A stretch of DNA of 64,000 nt from an uncultured Planctomycetales bacterium (lineage in GTDB: Bacteria; Omnitrophota; Gorgyraeia; Zapsychrales; JBDRMG01): NCBI GenBank assembly GCA_964478715.1, contig CAYZIY010000002.1, forward strand, positions 35,179 through 99,178, written 5' to 3'. Below the pieces are notes generated by a model. It was not told where the DNA came from, did no database searches, and saw nothing but the letters and a program-made list of their open reading frames with translations. Below are positions 33,842-43,783 of the stretch, piece by piece. Every line of letters begins with the position of its first letter. The stretch's first letter is position 1. The translations under genes and the position numbers were made by a program.

Positions 33842-34834
33842 ATGGGGATAAAATGGAAAGATTTCCAGATGCCAAAACGATTAGACTGCGATGAATCCGT
33901 TTACAACAATGAATATGGAAAATTTTTGGCAGAACCTTTCGAAAGAGGTTATGGAGTAACGCTTGGAAACTCTCTTCGCCGGATCTTGCTTTCTTCGATT
34001 GAAGGTTCAGCTGTGACGGCCATACGCATTGAGGGCGTACAGCATGAATTCACAACGATTCCTGGCGTCTATGAACCCGTGACCGATATCGTTTTAAATA
34101 TCAAGAAACTTGTCTTAAGATCCCATTCTAAAACCAGCAAAACGATTTATATCAAAGCTGACAAAAAAGGAGAAATCCGAGCGAAAGACATTATATGTGA
34201 TGAAACTATTGAAATACTTAATCCGAATTTACTGATCGCTACCTTAACTCAGGATACAAAATTTCATATGGAAATGGAGGTTTCCCGTGGCCGAGGTTAT
34301 GTCCCAGCGGATCAAAACAAAAAAGAAGATGCGCCGGTCGGTACTATTGCGACAGATTCGATCTTTACGCCTATAGTGAGAATTAATTTTCGTGTCGAAA
34401 ATACCCGCGTTGGACAGCGCACTGATTACGACCGTTTGATTTTTGAAATTTGGACCAACGGAGGGATCAGCCCTAAAGAGGCCTTACTCTATGGGGCGAA
34501 CATTCTTCAGCGGCACCTTGATGTTTTTGTAAGCTATGGACAATTACCGGAAGAAGAAGAGGAAGAAGAAGAGGTTACGGCCGAAGAAAAGGCGGTTTAC
34601 GAAAAGTTGCGACTACCCATTTCCGAGCTGGAGCTTTCTGTAAGAAGCGCCAATTGTTTAAAAGAAGCCAATATTGATACCATTGGGGAGCTGGTGAGAA
34701 AGAGCGAATCAGAGCTTTTAGGATTTCGTAATTTCGGCAAAAAATCTCTTACCGAGATCAATGATCTTCTGAAGGCCATGGGCTTAAGTTTAGGCATGAA
34801 AGTCGATATGAAGAAACTAAGAAAGAAGGAATAA
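33842..34834 (+). CDS. rpoA: DNA-directed RNA polymerase subunit alpha
   Basis: 330 aa; N-terminal domain, a poly-Glu linker (EEEEEEEEV) and the alpha-CTD. Confidence 0.95.
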   Translation: MGIKWKDFQMPKRLDCDESVYNNEYGKFLAEPFERGYGVTLGNSLRRILLSSIEGSAVTAIRIEGVQHEFTTIPGVYEPVTDIVLNIKKLVLRSHSKTSKTIYIKADKKGEIRAKDIICDETIEILNPNLLIATLTQDTKFHMEMEVSRGRGYVPADQNKKEDAPVGTIATDSIFTPIVRINFRVENTRVGQRTDYDRLIFEIWTNGGISPKEALLYGANILQRHLDVFVSYGQLPEEEEEEEEVTAEEKAVYEKLRLPISELELSVRSANCLKEANIDTIGELVRKSESELLGFRNFGKKSLTEINDLLKAMGLSLGMKVDMKKLRKKE

Positions 34835-34842
34835 ACACAGCG

Positions 34843-35478
34843 ATGCGACACAAAAAGTCAGGAAATCGATTGAGTCGAAACAGAAGTCTGCGTAAGGCAA
34901 CCATAAGAGATTTAGCCCGTGCGACTTTAAAATTTAAGCGAATCAAAACAACTAAAGCCAAAGCAAAAGAGGCGCGAAAAACAGTCGAGCGATTGATCAC
35001 TCTCGGAAAAAGAGATACATTAGCTGCGCGTCGCAAAGCCTTCTCAATTTTATGCAGCCATCAGCTTGTTAGCGATCTTTTTAAAACGATTGCCGTCAAA
35101 TTCAAAAACCGCCAGGGGGGCTATACCCGTATTATTCCCTTAACCGAGCGAAGAGGTGACCATGCGTCGATCGTTTTCTTAGAGCTGACCGAATGGGAAG
35201 CGCCTGCGGCAGTTACTTCAAAAAAGAAATCCAAAAAGAAAGTCAAGGCAATCGAAGAAAATTCGCAAAAAATTCAAACTGATGGGACTCAGGAAGTCCA
35301 AACCAAAATAGAGAAAGAATCCGCTTCTGACAACGACGTTAAAGAGGCTAAAGGTGGATTTCAGCCGAAAACCAAAAAGGCCAAGAAAGAAAAAGAAGCG
35401 AAAGAAAAAAATGAAGACAAATCCAGAAAGAAATCTTTGGGCGGATTAAAAGGCATCTTTAAGCGAAAAAAGAAATAG
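34843..35478 (+). CDS. rplQ: 50S ribosomal protein L17 with ~90-aa Lys/Glu-rich C-terminal extension
   Basis: Conserved L17 core (RHKKSGNRLSRN...) followed by a KKKSKKK...KRKKK tail. Confidence 0.9.
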   Translation: MRHKKSGNRLSRNRSLRKATIRDLARATLKFKRIKTTKAKAKEARKTVERLITLGKRDTLAARRKAFSILCSHQLVSDLFKTIAVKFKNRQGGYTRIIPLTERRGDHASIVFLELTEWEAPAAVTSKKKSKKKVKAIEENSQKIQTDGTQEVQTKIEKESASDNDVKEAKGGFQPKTKKAKKEKEAKEKNEDKSRKKSLGGLKGIFKRKKK

Positions 35479-35512
35479 CTTCTGTCTTTTAATTCCTTAA
35501 ACGTATCTATTT

Positions 35513-36682
35513 ATGGAAATCAATAAGCGTATTCAATCCGTTGTTCCTTCCGCAACGCTGGCTCTTACGTCAAAAGCCAAAGCTCTTAAAGCGCAGGGGC
35601 ACGATGTTATTAATTTTGCCGCTGGTGAACCAGATTTCAATACGCCTGATTTTATTAATCAAGCCGCTATTAAAGCCATCCAAGAAGGTTTCACAAAATA
35701 CACTCCGAGCATTGGGTTTCTAGCCTTGCGGGAGGCCATCGTCCGGAAATTTAAGGAAGATAATAATCTTCGCTACGAGGTGTCTCATATTGCCGTTTCC
35801 TGTGGGGCAAAACATTCTTTATTTAATGTGATCCAGGTTATTGTCAATGAAGGAGATGAGGTAATTGTTCCTTCTCCTTTCTGGGTCAGCTATCCAGAAA
35901 TGATCAAGATTGCCGGAGGAGTTCCAAGAATTATTGAGACAGGAGATGCCCAGCAATTCAAATTAACAGCCGAACAACTCAGAGCCCAGATCACCGAAAA
36001 GACCAAAGCACTGATTCTGAATTCTCCGTCCAATCCAACCGGTATGGTTTATGAAAAAGAAGAACTCGAGGCTATTGCTGAGGTTTGTGTACAAGAAGAC
36101 ATTCTAGTCATTAGTGATGAGATTTACGAGAAACTAAATTTTACTGATTCACCTTATGTTTCCATCGGGTCATTAAATCAGGATATTTTCCAGAGAACCA
36201 TTACGGTTAATGGGACATCTAAGGCTTATGCTATGACCGGTTGGAGGATTGGTTTTATTGGAGCTTCTCAGGATATTGTTAAAAACGTAAAAAATATTCA
36301 AGATCATTCTACCTCGAATCCCTGCTCTATTAGTCAAAAGGCCGCATTGGAGGCTTTAGAACACGGCCATAAGAGGGTTGAAGAAATGCGCGATCAGTTT
36401 CGACAAAGGAGAGATCTCATCCTTAAAGAACTGGATCAAATTGAACGAATTCGATATATTAAACCACAGGGCGCTTTTTATGTTTTTTGTGATATAAGTC
36501 GGCTGGGAGAGGATTCTTTTCAAGTAGTCAATGGGATTCTCGATGAGGAGAAGGTTGCCATGATTCCCGGTGATGGGTTTGGCGCCAAAGGTTATGCCCG
36601 CTTGAGCTATGCGACCAGTCAAGAGCATATTATAGAGGGTGTCAGGAGAATCAAACGGTGGATCGATCGAGGGGATTCTTAA
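35513..36682 (+). CDS. class I/II pyridoxal-phosphate aminotransferase (aspartate aminotransferase-like)
   Basis: 389 aa; SKAYAMTGWRIG block containing the PLP-binding Lys; NSPSNPTG. Confidence 0.8.
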   Translation: MEINKRIQSVVPSATLALTSKAKALKAQGHDVINFAAGEPDFNTPDFINQAAIKAIQEGFTKYTPSIGFLALREAIVRKFKEDNNLRYEVSHIAVSCGAKHSLFNVIQVIVNEGDEVIVPSPFWVSYPEMIKIAGGVPRIIETGDAQQFKLTAEQLRAQITEKTKALILNSPSNPTGMVYEKEELEAIAEVCVQEDILVISDEIYEKLNFTDSPYVSIGSLNQDIFQRTITVNGTSKAYAMTGWRIGFIGASQDIVKNVKNIQDHSTSNPCSISQKAALEALEHGHKRVEEMRDQFRQRRDLILKELDQIERIRYIKPQGAFYVFCDISRLGEDSFQVVNGILDEEKVAMIPGDGFGAKGYARLSYATSQEHIIEGVRRIKRWIDRGDS

Positions 36683-36712
36683 AAATATTATTTTTTAAAA
36701 GAGGGTAACGCT

Positions 36713-37759
36713 ATGGAATTTCGGGATTTATTGATGTTGACTATCGAGAAGAATGCGTCAGACCTTCATTTGACAGAGAATTCGCCCCCTGTTATTCGAG
36801 TTGACGGAAATCTAGTTTTAACAGAGCATGAACCCTTGACTCGAGAAAAGTTAAAGAAAATGATTTATAGTGTTCTGACCGATCAGCAAAAAGAACAGTT
36901 TGAAAGAGATCTCGAATTGGATTTTTCCCTTTCCTTGCCGGGTCTGGATCGATTCCGAGCCAATGTGCACCTCCAGAAGGGCGCAACCGAGGCGGCATTC
37001 CGACGAATTCCGCTTTTTATTCCTTCCATTGATGAATTAGGATTGCCAACGGTTGTAACCGATCTGGCCCGACGTCCAAACGGACTTGTGCTTGTGACGG
37101 GGCCGACCGGTATGGGTAAGACAACAACATTGGCGGCGATGATTGAGTTGATTAATAATGAAAGAAAAAATTTGGTTATCTGCATTGAAGATCCTATCGA
37201 GTATATCCATCATAATAAGGAATGTCTCATTAAGCAGCGCGAGGTTCATGCGGATACAAGATCTTTTGCCGAGGCCTTAAAGCGGTGCCTCCGGCAGGAT
37301 CCGGATATTATCGTTGTCGGTGAGATGAGAGATTTAGAGACAATTCAAACTGCTTTGACCGCAGCGGAGACCGGTCACTTAGTTTTGGCGACACTCCATA
37401 CGCCCGATGCCCCTCAGACGATTGAACGTATCATCGATGTTTTCCCGCCTCACCAGCAGCAACAGGTCAAATTGCAACTTTCTGACTGTTTACAGGGAGT
37501 GGTGTCTCAATTGCTTCTTCCCAGAGCCAGCGGGACCGGTCGAGTTCTTGCCACGGAAATTATGGTTGCGACTCCCAGTGTGCGCAATCTGATACGAGAA
37601 CAGCAAATCGAGCAGATCCCCACAATCATTCAAACCGGCGGCCAGTATGGAATGAAATCGATGGACCGGTCCTTGAAAGAGCTTTATCAGTCCGGCGTGA
37701 TCAGCTATGAAGTCGCACTGGCAAAGGCCAAAAATCCTGAAGAATTTAAACAACTCTAA
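36713..37759 (+). CDS. pilT: type IV pilus retraction ATPase PilT
   Basis: 348 aa; Walker A GPTGMGKTTT; PilT-type N-terminus and His box. Confidence 0.8.
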   Translation: MEFRDLLMLTIEKNASDLHLTENSPPVIRVDGNLVLTEHEPLTREKLKKMIYSVLTDQQKEQFERDLELDFSLSLPGLDRFRANVHLQKGATEAAFRRIPLFIPSIDELGLPTVVTDLARRPNGLVLVTGPTGMGKTTTLAAMIELINNERKNLVICIEDPIEYIHHNKECLIKQREVHADTRSFAEALKRCLRQDPDIIVVGEMRDLETIQTALTAAETGHLVLATLHTPDAPQTIERIIDVFPPHQQQQVKLQLSDCLQGVVSQLLLPRASGTGRVLATEIMVATPSVRNLIREQQIEQIPTIIQTGGQYGMKSMDRSLKELYQSGVISYEVALAKAKNPEEFKQL

Positions 37760-37782
37760 TCTTTTTAAGAAAAGGATGTTTC

Positions 37783-38871
37783 ATGATTCGCGTTAGTCTT
37801 CTTCCCGGAGATGGTATTGGACCTGAAGTGGCTGAAGCAATGAAGAAATGTGTTGAGGCTACAGGAGTCAGCATTGAATGGGATACTCAGATAGTCGGGG
37901 AGCCAGCTATTGAGAAATATGGGACTCCTCTACCCGATCATGTTATCGATTCCATCAAGAAAAATAAAGTTGCCATTAAAGGCCCGATCGTCACTCCTGT
38001 TGGCAGGGGATTTCGTTCGGTCAATGTTCACTTAAGGCATGCTTTGGATCTCTTTGCATGTGTGCGGCCCAGCAAATATTATGAGGGTACAAAAGCGAAG
38101 ACAAGGAATATTGATTTAGTGGTTATTCGAGAAAATACCGAAGATTTATATGCCGGTGTCGAATTCGAGGTTAACAGTGACGCCGCCGTAAAGGTTATCG
38201 ATCTATGTAATCAACTTCAGTGCAGAAAAATTAAAAATGATTCGGCTATTTCGATCAAGCCGATTTCTATATCCGGCAGCCAACGGGTTATTGAATTTGC
38301 ATTCGACTATGCCCTGAAGAACAACAGAAAGAAAGTGGCCGTAGTTCATAAAGCCAATATTATGAAATATACCGATGGTCTTTTTCTTGAAATGGGTAGG
38401 ATGGCTGCCAAGAAATACGAAGGACGAGTGGAGTTTCAGGATGTCATTGTCGATAATATGTGTATGCAGCTCGTTCAGCGACCAGAGCATTACGATGTGC
38501 TGGTCCTTCCTAATCTTTACGGCGATATTATTTCTGATCTATGCGCTGGTCTGATTGGAGGTCTGGGCATAGCCCCAGGCGCTAATATAGGCAAAGAGAT
38601 GGCTCTATTTGAACCCGTCCACGGTTCGGCGCCAAAATATGCGGGAAAAAACAAAGTTAATCCTACCGCAACAATCCTTTCCGGTGTTTTAATGCTTCGG
38701 TATCTAAATGAGTCGAGAGCTGCCGATCGTCTCGAGCAAGCTGTTGCCGATGTTTTAAAGGAAGGGAAAGATGTAACCTATGACTTAAAAGCTGATCGCA
38801 ATGATCCTACGGCCGTAGGGACACAGGAAATGGCGCAAGCCATTTGCAAGAGAGTCAAAGCTCTGCCGTAA
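37783..38871 (+). CDS. isocitrate/homoisocitrate/isopropylmalate dehydrogenase family (closest to NAD(P)-isocitrate dehydrogenase)
   Basis: LPGDGIGPEV N-terminus, DLFACVRP and NLYGDIISDL motifs. Confidence 0.7.
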   Translation: MIRVSLLPGDGIGPEVAEAMKKCVEATGVSIEWDTQIVGEPAIEKYGTPLPDHVIDSIKKNKVAIKGPIVTPVGRGFRSVNVHLRHALDLFACVRPSKYYEGTKAKTRNIDLVVIRENTEDLYAGVEFEVNSDAAVKVIDLCNQLQCRKIKNDSAISIKPISISGSQRVIEFAFDYALKNNRKKVAVVHKANIMKYTDGLFLEMGRMAAKKYEGRVEFQDVIVDNMCMQLVQRPEHYDVLVLPNLYGDIISDLCAGLIGGLGIAPGANIGKEMALFEPVHGSAPKYAGKNKVNPTATILSGVLMLRYLNESRAADRLEQAVADVLKEGKDVTYDLKADRNDPTAVGTQEMAQAICKRVKALP

Positions 38872-38947
38872 ATAAGTTTCTCGTTGCTCGGAGCCTCGTT
38901 AGAAACAATTGAAGTTTTATAACGGGGCTTTTCTTTTTATTGACTTT

Positions 38948-38956
38948 TGGTATAAT
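38948..38956 (+). promoter_or_regulatory. extended -10 element TGgTATAAT upstream of lipB
   Basis: TGGTATAAT ends ~9 nt before the lipB ATG at 38966, with no SD in between. Confidence 0.45.
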
Positions 38957-38965
38957 ATCTTGCAT

Positions 38966-39634
38966 ATGAAACAGTTACATCCCTGTCGGGTTTATGATTT
39001 GGGCTGTGTTTCATTTACACAGGCCTATCGCTTTCAAATGAAAAGGTTGCAGGATGTTTGCGATCAAGGAGTATTTTCTCTGATATTTTGCGAGCATACT
39101 CCTATTTTTACACTGGGGCGTCTTTCGGATTCTTCGCATATTTTAGTGGATAAGCAAAGTCGTTTGGATTTGGAAATAGATTTATCCACCACAAACCGAG
39201 GAGGAGAAGTTACATTTCATGGTCCCGGGCAGCTTGTTATTTATCCGATCATTGATCTTCACCACTATGGCAAAGATTTGAAAATGTATATGCTGAAACT
39301 AGAACAGGTCCTTATCGAATTACTGGTCTTTTTTGATATCAAGGCCAGCAAGGTTTCTTCTCGAAGAGGTGTTTGGATTAAATCAAAGAAGATCGCATCC
39401 ATTGGAATTGGTGCGAAAAAGTGGATTTCGCTTCATGGAGCAGCTCTCAATGTTAATACGAATATGGAATACTTTACCCTAATCAAACCCTGCGGATTGG
39501 ATGTCGCTATGACATCTCTTAAGGAAATTATGAGCCGCGAGGTCTCGATGTCTTTAGTGAAATCCCGTTTTATGGAACGATTTAAGGATATTTTCCAAGT
39601 GATGTATTTAAATCAAGAGGGGCTGTATGGTTGA
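38966..39634 (+). CDS. lipB: lipoyl(octanoyl) transferase LipB
   Basis: SIGIGAKKWISLHGAALNV block; start taken at MKQLHP downstream of the promoter-like element (the track ORF starts at 38909). Confidence 0.75.
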   Translation: MKQLHPCRVYDLGCVSFTQAYRFQMKRLQDVCDQGVFSLIFCEHTPIFTLGRLSDSSHILVDKQSRLDLEIDLSTTNRGGEVTFHGPGQLVIYPIIDLHHYGKDLKMYMLKLEQVLIELLVFFDIKASKVSSRRGVWIKSKKIASIGIGAKKWISLHGAALNVNTNMEYFTLIKPCGLDVAMTSLKEIMSREVSMSLVKSRFMERFKDIFQVMYLNQEGLYG

Positions 39635-39857
39635 GATAACATTACCCGATTTAGGCGAAGGTATAGAGTTAGCCACGATTGCACAATGGTATGTGGATAT
39701 CGGTGACGATATTAAAAAAGACGATGATATTGTTGAGCTTGTTACAGACAAGGCATCTTTTGAGCTTCCCTCGCCCTGTTCCGGTCGACTTAAGGAAATC
39801 TATTTTCAATCCGGACGAGAGGTTCCCATTGGATCTGTGATAGCAACGATCGAATAA
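39627..39857 (+). CDS. standalone lipoyl-attachment (E-T-D-K-A) domain protein
   Basis: 76 aa; LVTDKASFELPSP contains the lipoyl-lysine consensus; 8-nt overlap with the lipB end. Confidence 0.65.
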   Translation: MVEITLPDLGEGIELATIAQWYVDIGDDIKKDDDIVELVTDKASFELPSPCSGRLKEIYFQSGREVPIGSVIATIE

Positions 39858-39861
39858 ATTT

Positions 39862-40998
39862 ATGCGCGTGCTTCTTCTCTACATTTCAGAGATTTCTGGT
39901 CACAGCCAAGCTTGCAAAGCTATCGAGAAGGCCCTGATCGATATTGATCCTGCCACGAAGATCAAAAGAATCAATGGTTTTAATTTTACCTATCCGCTGA
40001 TAGAGAAAATCGTCAACAGGGCCTACTTAAGCGTTATTAAAAGGACGCCGAGACTATGGGATTATCTTTACGATAATCCCAAGGTTTTTAAGGGAACCCA
40101 GGTTATCAAGCAAGCGATTCACAAATCAAAGCATGAAAAATTGGCAAAACTATTTGCCGAGTTTCAGCCGGATACGGTGATTTGCACGCAAGCCTTTCCC
40201 TGCGGTATGGTTGCCGACTATAAAGAAACGTATCATTTGCCTATCGCATTGATTGGCGTTTTGACAGATTTTGCTCCCCATTCTTATTGGATTTACAATA
40301 CCATTGATTATTATATCGTTCCTGCTGAAGAAATTAAAATAAAGCTTATTAATAAAGGTGTTGATCAACAAAAAATCAAAGTCTGCGGTATTCCAATAGA
40401 CCCGAAATTTGGCATCCAGCATGACCGCAAAACGATTATTAAAAGACTGGAATTAGATGAAAGCATACCCACCATACTGATTATGGGAGGAGGGCAAGGG
40501 TTAGGTCCCATTCGGGAAGCGGTGCGTGCTCTGAAAGACTCAACTATGGATTTCCAGCTCATCGTTGTTGCCGGAACGAATAGAAAGATCCTTCGCTGGC
40601 TTAAGAAGGTGAGACTTAAAAACGGTCGGAAAATTCTAACATATGAATTTGCAGATAATATTGATCAATTAATGGAGATCGCAAGTTTTGTCATTACGAA
40701 AGCCGGGGGTATGACTGTCAGCGAGTCATTGGCTAAGGGATTGCCTCTTATGATCGTTAAACCTATCCCCGGACAGGAAATGCATAATACCAAATTCCTG
40801 ACGGAGAAAAAAATCGCCTGTCACGTTAAAAACGTAAAGACTTTGGGAGGAGAAATCCAAAGATTACTCAAAGACGACCAGCGTCTGAAGCAAATGGCTG
40901 AAGCGGCTTTTTTTTATGGGCGACCCCGTTCGGCTCATCATATCGCGCAAATCGCTCTTAACCAAAAATCATGTTTAAATACTACATTTACCAAATAG
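39862..40998 (+). CDS. MGDG-synthase-like (MurG-like) glycolipid glycosyltransferase
   Basis: 378 aa; MGDG-synthase-like N-terminal region and a C-terminal GT-B nucleotide-sugar domain (ITKAGGMTVSES). Confidence 0.65.
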   Translation: MRVLLLYISEISGHSQACKAIEKALIDIDPATKIKRINGFNFTYPLIEKIVNRAYLSVIKRTPRLWDYLYDNPKVFKGTQVIKQAIHKSKHEKLAKLFAEFQPDTVICTQAFPCGMVADYKETYHLPIALIGVLTDFAPHSYWIYNTIDYYIVPAEEIKIKLINKGVDQQKIKVCGIPIDPKFGIQHDRKTIIKRLELDESIPTILIMGGGQGLGPIREAVRALKDSTMDFQLIVVAGTNRKILRWLKKVRLKNGRKILTYEFADNIDQLMEIASFVITKAGGMTVSESLAKGLPLMIVKPIPGQEMHNTKFLTEKKIACHVKNVKTLGGEIQRLLKDDQRLKQMAEAAFFYGRPRSAHHIAQIALNQKSCLNTTFTK

Positions 40999-41825
40999 GA
41001 ATTTGGCTAGCCAATATACTTCCCCTGAAAGCGGCTTATAATTTAGGCATCTTTTTATCCGATTTGCATTATTTCTTTGCCATTCGAGACAGAAAAATCG
41101 TGACTAATAATCTTCAGTGTATTTTGGGTCGTAAAGATAATCTCAAATCATTAGTGCGTGAAGTTTTTAGAAATTTTGGACGCTATTTGGTGGAATTCTT
41201 TCGAACGGAAAAATTTATTGATCGGCAGTTTGTGCGGAAAAATATTAAAATAGAGAACCAATATATATTGGATGATATGCGTAAGCAGGGACGGGGGGCT
41301 ATATTAATTACTGCTCATTTGGGTAATTGGGAGCTGGGATCTTTTATTGTCAGCTTATTGGGATATCCAACTGTTGTCATTGCGCTGCCTCACAAAGAAC
41401 GATCCGTCAATGAATTTTTCAACCGCCAACGAAAGGCAAAGGGGCTGATCGTTATTCCTACCAATATCGCTTTGCGCAAGTGCATTGAAGCGCTTAGGGA
41501 TAATAAATTTGTTGCGATGGCGGCTGATAGGGATTTTAGCTTATCGGGGGAAGTGATAGATTTTCTAGGAAAAAAGACACTGATTCCTCGGGGCGCTGCC
41601 GCTTTTTCGAGAAAACTCAATGTTCCGATTGTACCGGCTTTTTTGATCCGCGACAAAAAAAACAAACTGCATTTAGCTTTTGAAGCACCACTTTCTCCAG
41701 ACATGTCTCTAGATGAAGAAGAAAGTGTCCTTCAGTTAATGCGTGCCTATACTTCGGTCATTGAAAAGAAGATAAGACAGCATCCCGCTCAATGGCTGAT
41801 GTTCCGAAAGTTCTGGATCTCATGA
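40971..41825 (+). CDS. LpxL/HtrB-family lipid A (lauroyl/myristoyl) acyltransferase-like
   Basis: 284 aa; ITAHLGNWELG HX4E acyltransferase motif; N-terminal membrane anchor. Confidence 0.65.
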   Translation: MFKYYIYQIGIWLANILPLKAAYNLGIFLSDLHYFFAIRDRKIVTNNLQCILGRKDNLKSLVREVFRNFGRYLVEFFRTEKFIDRQFVRKNIKIENQYILDDMRKQGRGAILITAHLGNWELGSFIVSLLGYPTVVIALPHKERSVNEFFNRQRKAKGLIVIPTNIALRKCIEALRDNKFVAMAADRDFSLSGEVIDFLGKKTLIPRGAAAFSRKLNVPIVPAFLIRDKKNKLHLAFEAPLSPDMSLDEEESVLQLMRAYTSVIEKKIRQHPAQWLMFRKFWIS

Positions 41826-42493
41826 ACATTTGTATTTTAATTCCGGTTCACAACGAATCAAGTGAAATTGGTCAGATTGTTTCTCAGATCAGGAAGATGA
41901 ATCTGGACGTGATTGTTGTCGATGATGGCTCTGAGGATTCTTCAGGCTCTATCGCCCAAAAGGAGGGCGCCGTTGTTTTGTCTCACGCGAAAAAAATGGG
42001 CAAAGGAGTTTCGCTGCAAGACGGATTTCACTATATTCAAGAACATGATTATGACGGCGTTATCACCATGGATGGTGATGGACAGCATGCCGTGACGGAT
42101 ATTGACAGATTAATTCATAAGGCCAAAGAGAATTCCGGAGACATTATCAACGGAACACGGATGCATAAACCCCAGGGGATGCCCCTCATTCGTTTAATTA
42201 CGAATAAACTGATGTCTTTGATCATTTCGGCTGCATGCAAGCAAAAAATCACCGATACTCAGTGTGGATTTCGTTATATTCCTTCGAAGGTTTTAAGAAA
42301 AATCCGATTAAATTCAAGCGGTTTTGAAATCGAAACAGAAGTTCTCACCAGAGCCAGCCGCAAGGGATTTTCCATTCGAAGCGTTGATATTCAAACTATT
42401 TACCAGAATGAGCGCAGTAAAATAGATCCCCTGAAAGATACGGTGCGATTTTTTGTCTTTATGTGCAAAGAAGTATGGTTTCGGAAATATTGA
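41822..42493 (+). CDS. family 2 glycosyltransferase (polyprenyl-phosphate sugar transferase-like)
   Basis: ILIPVHNESSEI...VVDDGSEDSS DxD-type region; start taken at the ATGA overlap with the upstream stop. Confidence 0.7.
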   Translation: MNICILIPVHNESSEIGQIVSQIRKMNLDVIVVDDGSEDSSGSIAQKEGAVVLSHAKKMGKGVSLQDGFHYIQEHDYDGVITMDGDGQHAVTDIDRLIHKAKENSGDIINGTRMHKPQGMPLIRLITNKLMSLIISAACKQKITDTQCGFRYIPSKVLRKIRLNSSGFEIETEVLTRASRKGFSIRSVDIQTIYQNERSKIDPLKDTVRFFVFMCKEVWFRKY

Positions 42494-43182
42494 GATCCGT
42501 TTTTATTCAGATGGAAAATAAAATTTTTCGCTGGGCTATTATCTGTTCTGCTTTGATTCATTTTGCATTCTTCTTAAGAATATCTTTTCTAAAAAATTCT
42601 CTTCTTTGGAAGCCCAAGGAATCAATGGAAGTTGTTTACTTTGAAAGCGGTTCTATCAAGCGCTCCGAAGAAAACGATTCGAAGGACACTTTATCTACAT
42701 TGAGGGGTCCTGAAAAGCGAACGGATGTTCGTCTTAGAAAACCGAGAAACGATACTTCGCTGATTAAGGATTTATCCAAGCTATTTGGAAAAATAGATAT
42801 GGTTCCCAAAAAACCGGCCCAAGTGAAGATGCCAGCGGTCAGACGCAGAATCACGGTTCCGCCGATTAAATCCGAAAAGATCGATAATCCTCAGTACCAG
42901 AACTATTATCAGATTGTTAGAAAAAAAATTCGAGAACGAGCCTACCTTAATTATGATCAATATGATACGGGAGAAGTCTACCTCACTTTTGTTTTGTCTA
43001 AAAACGGCAACTTGAGAAATATTCAATTGATTCGAGAAAAAACACAAGCGACTGAATATTTGCGTTCAATCAGTCAAAAAAGCGTTCGTCAGGCTGATCC
43101 GTTTCCACCGTTTCCTTCCGACTTATCATATCCGGAGTTGACATTTAATGTGATTATTTCTTATACGGAGGTTGCTCCATGA
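42463..43182 (+). CDS. membrane-anchored protein with TonB-like C-terminal domain
   Basis: N-terminal TM helix, proline-containing linker, and a C-terminal GEVYLTFVLSKNGNL...PFPPFP region; start could be the downstream ATG at 42511. Confidence 0.4.
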   Translation: MQRSMVSEILRSVFIQMENKIFRWAIICSALIHFAFFLRISFLKNSLLWKPKESMEVVYFESGSIKRSEENDSKDTLSTLRGPEKRTDVRLRKPRNDTSLIKDLSKLFGKIDMVPKKPAQVKMPAVRRRITVPPIKSEKIDNPQYQNYYQIVRKKIRERAYLNYDQYDTGEVYLTFVLSKNGNLRNIQLIREKTQATEYLRSISQKSVRQADPFPPFPSDLSYPELTFNVIISYTEVAP

Positions 43183-43694
43183 CGGATTCCGACTATCGGC
43201 TTCATCACAGCGAGGATTATTATATCCGGACTTTATTAAACAAGGCTATCGTTAGGGAGATCATGACCAAAGACGTTATCTGTTTAAAAGAAGACGATAT
43301 CTTCAGTCTGGTCGCGGAAACATTTCAGCAGAAGGCAATCCGTCATTTACCCATTATTGATTCGAAGGGAAGGGTTAGAGGGATCATTACCCAGAGAGAT
43401 CTGTATCGGATTTCTCCACCCAGAAAAACGGATGACGGCCAATGGTATTATGACAAAAGGTTGCTGGACGGTTATATTCTTAAATATGTGATGACAAAAG
43501 ATGTGACGGTTCTTAATGAAAGCAAATCGGTTGCCGAGGCCCTGTTATTAATGGTCGATCATAAATACGGATGTCTTCCGATTGTAAATGCCGAAGGAAA
43601 ACTAAGCGGCATTGTGACTCAAATTGATATTTTGAGATTGGGAGCGCAGATATTAAGAGAGGGGAAGAAAAATACCGAAAAAAAATTTTATTAA
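43179..43694 (+). CDS. CBS domain pair protein
   Basis: 171 aa containing two CBS repeats. Confidence 0.7.
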   Translation: MTDSDYRLHHSEDYYIRTLLNKAIVREIMTKDVICLKEDDIFSLVAETFQQKAIRHLPIIDSKGRVRGIITQRDLYRISPPRKTDDGQWYYDKRLLDGYILKYVMTKDVTVLNESKSVAEALLLMVDHKYGCLPIVNAEGKLSGIVTQIDILRLGAQILREGKKNTEKKFY

Positions 43695-43710
43695 TAAGCA
43701 AGTCGAATTA

Positions 43711-43739
43711 TTGACAGTTGTTTACGGGGGTGATATTCT
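43711..43739 (+). promoter_or_regulatory. candidate promoter TTGACA-N17-TATTCT
   Basis: In the 89-nt gap upstream of the Memo-family gene. Confidence 0.35.
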
Positions 43740-43783
43740 AAAACAAATTCATTGGACATCCATTAATATCCGGGAAAACAATT

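Noticed and set aside
34546-34575. GAA/GAG repeat tract
   Set aside because: It is coding (the poly-Glu linker of RpoA), not a CRISPR, microsatellite or mobile-element feature.
37760-37782. Small hairpin (CTTTT-N4-AAAAG) after pilT
   Set aside because: A 5-bp all-A/T stem with no U-tract is too weak to call a terminator.
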